From the NCBI GenBank assembly GCA_018830295.1, contig JAHJSM010000003.1:2512-66511 (forward strand): 64,000 nt of DNA, read 5' to 3'. Made by a program: the position numbers and the translations under genes. This stretch comes from Patescibacteria group bacterium (GTDB lineage: Bacteria > Patescibacteriota > Minisyncoccia > Portnoybacterales > UBA2143). Shown here piece after piece: positions 59,001-64,000 of the stretch (positions are counted from its first letter, which is position 1; every line of letters begins with the position of its first letter). The notes under the pieces were generated by a model. That model made no database searches. It had not been told where the DNA came from and saw only the letters and a program-made list of their open reading frames with translations.

Positions 59001-62000
59001 CGTGTCTGCGGCAGTATTAACAAGAAATGCGTCATCTACATTAAAAGTCGTTCCAACTAAAGTTAAATTAGTTCCGCCTAAATAGGTCGTGTTTGTGTCA
59101 GTCGCGTCTAATGTATTGCCAGTCCAAGCTAAATTAGTCCCTGCGGTTATCCGATTAGAGGGAGTGTCGTAAAAAGTATTCCAATTAGTCGTGCTTGCTG
59201 ATAAAGGGATTATGTATCCAGTAGTTAGGGCAATATCGTCTAAAGCCAACTCAATGCCTGTTGCTCCGACTGTTAAATTGGTTTCTGATGAAATATCAAC
59301 GGAAGTGCCTAATGTAATAATAGCGTCAGCGTTTCCAGCGGTTAAAGTGCCTACCGTAACTAAACTTGGAAGCGAACTTATTAAAGCGTGGGTTGTGGTC
59401 GCATACCAAGTTGTAAGAGGAAAATATCCCGCTATTGAGTGGTTGCCCCAGCCATAAGCGGTATTCCAGTTTCCTGAATTATTTGTGATTGAGGTGTCCC
59501 AAGCCGAGCCCGTGCTTAATGCTATTCCAGCTGCTGGATAGACCATACCTCCGCTTGGAGTGGTTGTTGCTATAACTAATCCAGTAGCGTCAACAGCTAA
59601 AAATGAACCAGCGGCTGTTGCTAAAGATGAGATATAAAAAGTATCTGTTGTCGTGGCAGAGTTCATTGAAAGCCCCCCAGACATTGTATCAGTAGTATTT
59701 AATACATAACTATCATTTGCCGTAACATAATATCCACCCGAAGCGTGATCCCCCCAACCGAATGCGGAATTCCACTCGTCAGAATTGCCGCCAAAGGCGG
59801 CAAAATGTCCCGTTGTTGTCGCGTTTCCGCTAACTAAAAGATTATCATCTATGGTTAAATCTCCTAATGAATCGGCGATGTTCCCTTGAAAATCAGATGC
59901 GCCCGCGACGGTTAAGTTGTTGTTGAAAGTAGAGACGCCGTCGGCCGAGAATGTTCCCCCCGCGTGGATATTGGATTGGGTGAAGAGTCCCGCCGTCGTG
60001 CTTGCGTAGCCGGCGACATATTCATTTCCGATTACATGGAATTTGTAGCTCGGCGCCGTCGTCCCAATCCCGACGTTGCCGCTTTCACTCACATAAAGCA
60101 ACGACGCCCCTGTGGAACTGGCGATGTTCATAACTGGTTGTCCTGCTGTGCCTTGAACGCTTAGTTTGGTTAAAGGTGAAGTTGTGCCTATCCCGACGTT
60201 GCCGCCGTCCAAAACAGTTATTCCATTACTTGCATTATCGTAAAGATGAAGTCCACTATCATTCGTCGCCGAGAGAGTATTCCCCGTGGAGAGTAAATTC
60301 CCAAGCCAAGAAGTCGTCGCTGAAAATAATGTTGAAGTCGCATTATTAAATTGCGCGTAATCAACAGTCGTAGCAAAAGTATTTGGAATATCATTACATC
60401 GTCCAGCACCGATAACTTGAACTACGCCTGTCGCGCTTGCCCTTGAAACTCTTGCCACGGCTTGAATACAGTCGCTTGCTCCTGTCGGGCGTGTGCTTGT
60501 TAATGTTCCCGGAGTAGTACTTAAAAATAAAGCGTCATTTACGGCATAAGCCGAAGTATTTATTCCTGATAAAACGCCGGATGATATTACTGTTCCATTT
60601 GTATTATTTGATATACTGCCTGTGGTAAGTCCAATTGCAGGATATTTCGCGCTGTCATCAGCGTCAGCTAAATCTATCGTTATCCTGCCTTGTCCGACAT
60701 TATATCCTGTAATATAAACTGGAGTGCCTGCTGATATAGTAGAACCACTTGTATTTCTAACTAAAATCAGAGAAGAGGCTGAACTTACATTAACAGGACT
60801 ATTCGGGTGCGACTGTATCATCCAACCGCCCACATCTTCCATAAATACTAAAGTCATTATTTGGTCAGGGGCTAATACTCCGTTTGTCCCTCCGTGGAAT
60901 ATTGACGAACCTGACAATACTGAATTGTCTTGAAGTTCTATTGTGAAAGAACCTGTGTTTTGAATATATAAAATTTGCCCTTGCGTAGATGAAGCGATAG
61001 TCGGGGTGCCTATCATTACATAATCAGCGTCAGATGAGATATTAAGCAAGGAATTTGTTGAAACTATCGCAGTTGTAGAAGCTGTTAATACTTGCGTGGT
61101 ATTAGGAGAAGTGAATAATCTTTTTGTGGTTAAGTCGCCGTCCACCCTCGCATTGCCATAAACATCCAGCTTGTATGCAGGAGAAGTCGTGCCTATGCCG
61201 ACATTTCCCGCAAATGTCGCACCCTCGCCTACCCGTAATTCCCCCGAAGCGTTTAAGTCGCCTGCGGTGAAGTTGAAATACCCGTCATCTACGCCTACGG
61301 ATAAATAACCCGTTGTGGTTAGGTTGCCTGTTTGGGTGATGGCTCCGTTGAAGGCGGTGTTGTGGGCAATAATTCCGTTGGCGACAAAGTTGTGCGTTCC
61401 TTCTACTTCTATGTCATAGACCTGTTCAGGAGGAAGGATGCTAATTCTCGCAATTTTGACGAATTTGACGGAGCCGAAACTCTCCTCAACATCCGATGAG
61501 CTCCCGAGTTCCGCCAAATTCGCGACGGCGATTGTGTCGCCTTCGCTTAATTCAGCGACGCGCGTCCATCGCGAACTTGACAGAGTATCCGCGTCGCTGT
61601 TATTATTCTCTTGTATGTCTAAATTATCATCTTCATTTACTATCATTGATAATAATAATTTGCGGGGCGTTTTGGCTCCGCCAAAAATGTTGTCCAAAGA
61701 ACTATTGGAAGATATTTTGGATTTGGTCTCATATTCAAGACCTAAAGTGGCAGAAAAATTAAACAAAGATTTCAAAGAAGCCAAAAAAGAAAGCTTAGTT
61801 GACGGCGAAGCATTAAGAAAATCATTGAAAATATAATTATGTTCCGCTATAATTTCACCCGCAAAGCCGCCAAAGAAATCAAAGGAATGCCCCGCAATAT
61901 CCAACGCCGAATTTTCAACGACATCTTGACTATTTGCCGCCTCAATCATCCTTTGCAGGACAGAAGCGTTTTGAAACTCCGAGGGAAATACAGCGCGCCC

Positions 62001-64000
62001 ACTTTCCGACTGCGTTCCGGCAATTACCGAATTATTTTCCGTATCATTAACCATATCATCGTCATCGGAAGCGTCAGACACAGGCAAGAGGGATATTGAT
62101 TTGTTCAGCGCAAGATATGGATGATTCCCCGTCGTTCTAATTATCCTGCTGTCTTCTGTTTCAATCTCGTAAATGGTCTTAACCCCCATATCCATCAACT
62201 GCTTAATTTTGGCAGGCGTTAATTCGCCTGTTTTTTCATTAAGGGATAAGACATAGTCGCCCGGCTGGACTTCGTCTATACGGGTGTATTTGGGGGCAGC
62301 CCTCGCAACGGGGGCTGCCCCCGAATTCACTATCGGCAAGAGCGTATCCCCCGTCACGCATTGCCCGTCCACGGTTAAGTCCTTCTTAATGTATTGGCTT
62401 CCAGTTGTCGTCGCGTTTCCTTCTATGTTGAGATAACCGAGAACAGAGAGATTGTCGGAGATGGTTGTCGTGCTGTTGTTTGCGGCGAGGTCTATGTTTA
62501 AGTCGCCGTTTGTGTCTATGGTGAATGAGGCGTATTTGGATGTTGAGACATCATAAGAGAGCCGCAATTGTTCGGTCGTTGAGGAGGCGTGAATGCGGCC
62601 GACTACAGCCAGAGCTGAATCTGGCGTGGTTGTCCCGATGCCGACATTGCCCGATGTTCCTACGCCGCTGGACGGGCCCACATAGAATGTTGGGATATTA
62701 CTATTAAATCCAATGGCAAAAGAATTGTCTTTATTGTGAACTAATGGAACGGCACCACTTACTCCAGAACCTAACGCAAAAGTCGAATCCGCGTCGCTAC
62801 TAATACTAATGTATTTTCCTATACCAAAAGAAAAATTTCCGGCATTAGTAACTCCATACCCTAATGCTATAGCGTCTTGTCCGCTTAAAGTAAGATCTCT
62901 GCCAAATCCCTTTGAGTAACTTCCGCTGGCGATTATATCACTTCCAATTGCGATCTTGCCAGAAGTGGAGAAGAGAATATCCCCTGTTCCCGCAACAGTT
63001 AGGCCACTCTTAAGGGTAGTAACCCCGTCGGCGGAGAATGTTCCGCCAATATGCCCATTCCCCTGCGTAAAGAATCCTGCTGTCGTAGAGGCGTAGCCAG
63101 TAATATTAAGATTGCCTGTTTGGGTGATTGCTCCGTTGAAGATAGTGTTGTGGGCGATAATGCCGTTGGCGACGAAGTTGTGAGTTCCTTCTACCTCTAT
63201 GTCATAGACCTGTTTTCTGCCCGTTGGCTCAATGGAAACAATTTTTTCCCAAATCGCTAAATTACCCTCGCCAGCCGCCGCGATTTCCATACCCGGTTGA
63301 AGATAGATAACTTTTGTCCACTTTTGACTATTGACAGAAATTTGAGGTTTAGTATTATTAAAGTATATGCGATTAAATAAATCCCAATTTGAAGCGATTT
63401 CCAGTTTTTTTGTTGATTTAGCAAAGATATTGTTCGCCTCAACTGTGGTTGGGTTTTTCATTCCAGGTTCCTCCGGAATTGTTAATATGCCCGTATTCAC
63501 CATCGGTTCTGTATCCACTTTGGGGTTGTTCACATTGAGCGTTATTTTATTAAAGTCCGAATAATTATGAATTATCTTATTGTCGCTTATATTATTACTT
63601 GTATCATGGCTACCATTATTTTCATTTGGGCCATGGAACATAGAAAATAAATTATGAATAATATTATTCTCTACATTATCGCCGGCATTGTCATTTTGAC
63701 TATGTTCGGTGTCGCTTTCTTCTATAATTCCAAATCTAACTAAGTATGGGTGGTTGCCCGTCGTTTCAATCTGTTTACCCGATTCCGTGGTTAAACGAAA
63801 TGTCGTTTTGACCCCCATATCCATCAACTGCTTAATCTTGGCAGGCGTTAATTCGCCTGTTTTTTCATTAAGGGATAAGACATAGTCGCCCGGCTGGACT
63901 TCATCTATGCGGGTGTATTTGGGGACAGCCCTCGCAACGGGGGCTGCCCCCGAATTCACTATCGGCAAGAGCGTATCCCCCGTCACGCATTGCCCGTCCA
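56016..64000 (-). CDS. Giant tail-fibre/adhesin-like surface protein containing two inteins (5'-truncated; frame open past the window edge)
   Basis: Frame stays open to 64000 (VDGQCVTG). Nine GN(V/I)GIG(T/D) repeats and Thr/Ser/Gly-rich beta repeats. Peptidase-G2-like autocleavage domain (ADYAEYY...GIVSTNP...GQVPAKV...GDSL), S74-like chaperone segment and coiled coil near the C-terminus. Confidence 0.88.
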   Translation of the reverse strand, partial: DGQCVTGDTLLPIVNSGAAPVARAVPKYTRIDEVQPGDYVLSLNEKTGELTPAKIKQLMDMGVKTTFRLTTESGKQIETTGNHPYLVRFGIIEESDTEHSQNDNAGDNVENNIIHNLFSMFHGPNENNGSHDTSNNISDNKIIHNYSDFNKITLNVNNPKVDTEPMVNTGILTIPEEPGMKNPTTVEANNIFAKSTKKLEIASNWDLFNRIYFNNTKPQISVNSQKWTKVIYLQPGMEIAAAGEGNLAIWEKIVSIEPTGRKQVYDIEVEGTHNFVANGIIAHNTIFNGAITQTGNLNITGYASTTAGFFTQGNGHIGGTFSADGVTTLKSGLTVAGTGDILFSTSGKIAIGSDIIASGSYSKGFGRDLTLSGQDAIALGYGVTNAGNFSFGIGKYISISSDADSTFALGSGVSGAVPLVHNKDNSFAIGFNSNIPTFYVGPSSGVGTSGNVGIGTTTPDSALAVVGRIHASSTTEQLRLSYDVSTSKYASFTIDTNGDLNIDLAANNSTTTISDNLSVLGYLNIEGNATTTGSQYIKKDLTVDGQCVTGDTLLPIVNSGAAPVARAAPKYTRIDEVQPGDYVLSLNEKTGELTPAKIKQLMDMGVKTIYEIETEDSRIIRTTGNHPYLALNKSISLLPVSDASDDDDMVNDTENNSVIAGTQSESGRAVFPSEFQNASVLQRMIEAANSQDVVENSALDIAGHSFDFFGGFAGEIIAEHNYIFNDFLNASPSTKLSFLASLKSLFNFSATLGLEYETKSKISSNSSLDNIFGGAKTPRKLLLSMIVNEDDNLDIQENNNSDADTLSSSRWTRVAELSEGDTIAVANLAELGSSSDVEESFGSVKFVKIARISILPPEQVYDIEVEGTHNFVANGIIAHNTAFNGAITQTGNLTTTGYLSVGVDDGYFNFTAGDLNASGELRVGEGATFAGNVGIGTTSPAYKLDVYGNARVDGDLTTKRLFTSPNTTQVLTASTTAIVSTNSLLNISSDADYVMIGTPTIASSTQGQILYIQNTGSFTIELQDNSVLSGSSIFHGGTNGVLAPDQIMTLVFMEDVGGWMIQSHPNSPVNVSSASSLILVRNTSGSTISAGTPVYITGYNVGQGRITIDLADADDSAKYPAIGLTTGSISNNTNGTVISSGVLSGINTSAYAVNDALFLSTTPGTLTSTRPTGASDCIQAVARVSRASATGVVQVIGAGRCNDIPNTFATTVDYAQFNNATSTLFSATTSWLGNLLSTGNTLSATNDSGLHLYDNASNGITVLDGGNVGIGTTSPLTKLSVQGTAGQPVMNIASSTGASLLYVSESGNVGIGTTAPSYKFHVIGNEYVAGYASTTAGLFTQSNIHAGGTFSADGVSTFNNNLTVAGASDFQGNIADSLGDLTIDDNLLVSGNATTTGHFAAFGGNSDEWNSAFGWGDHASGGYYVTANDSYVLNTTDTMSGGLSMNSATTTDTFYISSLATAAGSFLAVDATGLVIATTTPSGGMVYPAAGIALSTGSAWDTSITNNSGNWNTAYGWGNHSIAGYFPLTTWYATTTHALISSLPSLVTVGTLTAGNADAIITLGTSVDISSETNLTVGATGIELALDDIALTTGYIIPLSASTTNWNTFYDTPSNRITAGTNLAWTGNTLDATDTNTTYLGGTNLTLVGTTFNVDDAFLVNTAADTTAFGLTMGSATTTDTLSIGGKAVFSGNVGIGTTGPSFPLSLGTAVGNKIALYDNAAGTGYGFGIQNNLLQIFSVNSASRVGIGYGNSGAFTETLSVVGGNVGIGTTTPLSKLSIQGTAGSSDIFTIASSTGANLLTVTSGGNLVTTGYASSTTGLFTQGAGHFGSNLTVDGNATTTGAMYIGGDFTVGATPSFVVTSAGNIGIGTVSPGTTLDVVKANQNLADGLNGDAQVHIAAMTSDSFAIDKGGAIGMGGFYNSAGSKQIFGAIAGRKESATDGSATGYLSFHTNDSSSIKERMRINASGNVGIGTTSPNELLSLNIPEGTNKGISFMERGLSTYGAKILFDEANYVLKIVGYDAGSEILGIAVKRNSGNVGIGDTTPDYRLTVDHNSDGVNVAYVNATNAWTSGSADYAEYYYSIDTDLKSGEAVCVDIERENAVKRCERAADGNIMGIVSTNPAFLGNAPSDERREDNPHYAIIGMLGQVPAKVSAEGGPIRPGDSLTSASVPGYIMRAGAGDPTVGVALEGLKEGEGVINVLISRRNKSLTVEEVEDKVTERVAAMEIEDEVNILIAGAIDNLNLEDDINEIVSPQLLLIDAKLTLAMDEISDLALDIRDVIPEQFEEIDARMEGMEQLTDGLTLKLEEAGLIRLVEAWDGSSPRDGGLPPLPPVGLVLDTMGRFGIATSSPTNILTIGRGAGSAIADGWDVYLPRADEMEVTYLEEADYAEILGLIAGMEMGRYGGGEVADGSSPRDGGLPPIGMISDGESVSLYDYTSFALAGVKALNNRLEELEALLTVERDENGDLVEVDSLEELRMDLAELGLVLDEEGVLVVDKIKAKNIETEQLKVGGGVEEQAGITLYDRVTGLPYCFFVASGAAQTVAGECGAVAEEPVVDEEGAAPADEGLPPVVEPVVEEPVVDEEGAAPADEGLPPVVDEEGAAPVAGAAPEEVPEADEPEPVVEVSSPEPVTEEPVAEEPVVEELETPSADAVGY
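61577..61606 (+). promoter_or_regulatory. Antisense sigma70 promoter inside intein 2
   Basis: TTGACA 61577-61582, 18 nt, extended -10 TG-n-TATTAT (61601-61606). ATG follows 8 nt later. Confidence 0.75.
61615..61836 (+). CDS. Putative antitoxin (73 aa), nested antisense in intein 2
   Basis: MSKLSSSFTIID...ELLEDILDL...EALRKSLKI. Starts 8 nt after the -10 box and ends 2 nt before a RelE-like gene. Confidence 0.75.
   Translation: MSKLSSSFTIIDNNNLRGVLAPPKMLSKELLEDILDLVSYSRPKVAEKLNKDFKEAKKESLVDGEALRKSLKI
61839..62099 (+). CDS. RelE/ParE-family toxin, nested antisense in intein 2
   Basis: 86 aa, basic: FTRKAAKEIKGM...KLRG...FRLRSGNYRIIF...VRHRQEGY, the classic RelE YRLRVGDYR/HRREVY pattern. Confidence 0.88.
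   Translation: MFRYNFTRKAAKEIKGMPRNIQRRIFNDILTICRLNHPLQDRSVLKLRGKYSAPTFRLRSGNYRIIFRIINHIIVIGSVRHRQEGY
63331..63358 (+). promoter_or_regulatory. Antisense sigma70 promoter inside intein 1
   Basis: TTGACA 63331-63336, 16 nt, TATTAT 63353-63358. ATG follows 8 nt later. Confidence 0.72.
63367..63564 (+). CDS. Small two-TM membrane protein (65 aa), nested antisense in intein 1
   Basis: MRLNKSQFEAISSFFVDLAKILFASTVVGFF...LFTLSVILLKSE, directly behind the promoter. Confidence 0.7.
   Translation: MRLNKSQFEAISSFFVDLAKILFASTVVGFFIPGSSGIVNMPVFTIGSVSTLGLFTLSVILLKSE
63567..63650 (+). CDS. 27-aa single-TM peptide, nested antisense in intein 1
   Basis: MNYLIVAYIITCIMATIIFIWAMEHRK; starts 2 nt after the preceding stop (TAA-TT-ATG). 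Confidence 0.55.
   Translation: MNYLIVAYIITCIMATIIFIWAMEHRK
63654..63743 (+). CDS. 29-aa single-TM peptide, nested antisense in intein 1
   Basis: MNNIILYIIAGIVILTMFGVAFFYNSKSN; starts 3 nt after the preceding stop. Its TAA is the complement of the Leu codon of intein block B (HPYL). Confidence 0.55.
   Translation: MNNIILYIIAGIVILTMFGVAFFYNSKSN

Larger units (their letters stand above)
61359..62360 (-). mobile_element. Intein 2 (334 aa), carries an antisense toxin-antitoxin operon
   Basis: Q|CVTGDTLL block A, TTGNHPYL block B, VYDIEVEGTHNFVANGIIAHN|T blocks F/G. No LAGLIDADG or HNH motif seen. Confidence 0.9.
16023..63950. repeat. Dispersed REP-like double-palindrome family A (about 40 units)
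   Basis: Units of two ~13-bp palindromes (GGGGACWGTCCCC and/or GGGGGCWGCCCCC) joined by a 5-8 nt spacer, often followed by RTCTTAG. Loci near 16023, 18497, 18886, 18983, 19326, 20173, 21170, 26712, 26773, 29892, 32732, 33568, 33612, 34760-34892, 35805, 36664, 41418, 47844, 48974-49056, 51060, 51552, 51656-51780, 52145-52229, 53756, 53978-54053, 56154-56308, 56725, 57001, 62292, 63921. Confidence 0.92.
63147..63989 (-). mobile_element. Intein 1 (281 aa), carries an antisense small-membrane-peptide operon
   Basis: Q|CVTGDTLL (Cys codon 63987-63989), TTGNHPYL, VYDIEVEGTHNFVANGIIAHN|T. Confidence 0.9.

Noticed and set aside
61438-61614. Longer 132-aa version of the antitoxin ORF, and ORF 61496..61762
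   Set aside because: The promoter lies inside the extension, which is antisense to conserved intein sequence, so ATG 61615 is the better start. The alternative-frame ORF has no supporting signals.
63984-63986. GTG start assigned to the giant ORF
   Set aside because: This is the second intein codon (Val). The frame is open to the window edge, so the true start lies upstream.
61359-63989. Homing endonuclease domains within the inteins
   Set aside because: No LAGLIDADG or HNH motifs, and the inserts are not at the usual endonuclease position before block F.
56016-64000. Giant gene as part of a prophage
   Set aside because: No capsid, terminase, portal or integrase genes on the visible side; the neighbours are cellular genes. 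The upstream side cannot be seen.

Overview
64 kb of chromosome from a small-genome bacterium. Gene content suggests Patescibacteria/CPR, probably Parcubacteria (inference). Most genes are on the - strand. The left edge is an integrated element at tRNA-Asn carrying a serine recombinase, an HTH regulator and a HinP1I-like Type II R-M system. The middle holds envelope and housekeeping genes: glycosyltransferases, purB, a purC-purE fusion, cfa, dnaX, a Clp-type ATPase, a VirD4-like ATPase, ftsQ, serS, lysS, greA, mrdA-mreD-mreC, a def-fmt fusion, rpsF-ssb-rpsR, recA, ftsK, rpoC/rpoB and yraN-comM-dprA. The right edge is a giant (>2660 aa, 5'-truncated) tail-fibre-like surface protein gene. Top finding: this gene contains two canonical-looking inteins at equivalent repeat positions. 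They have near-identical arms but unrelated cores and no homing endonuclease. Each core carries a complete operon on the OPPOSITE strand with its own TTGACA...TATTAT-8nt-ATG promoter: an antitoxin + RelE-like toxin pair in one, three small membrane peptides in the other. The sense frame stays open throughout, so the inteins look like exchangeable gene-cassette carriers. The window also holds about 40 GC-rich double-palindrome repeats, many inserted in frame (including in RpoB, FtsQ, DprA and the Def-Fmt junction), a second covarying hairpin family, heptamer repeats linked to a four-helix-bundle gene, and a homopolymer frameshift in dprA. All calls come from reading the sequence; no database searches were run.
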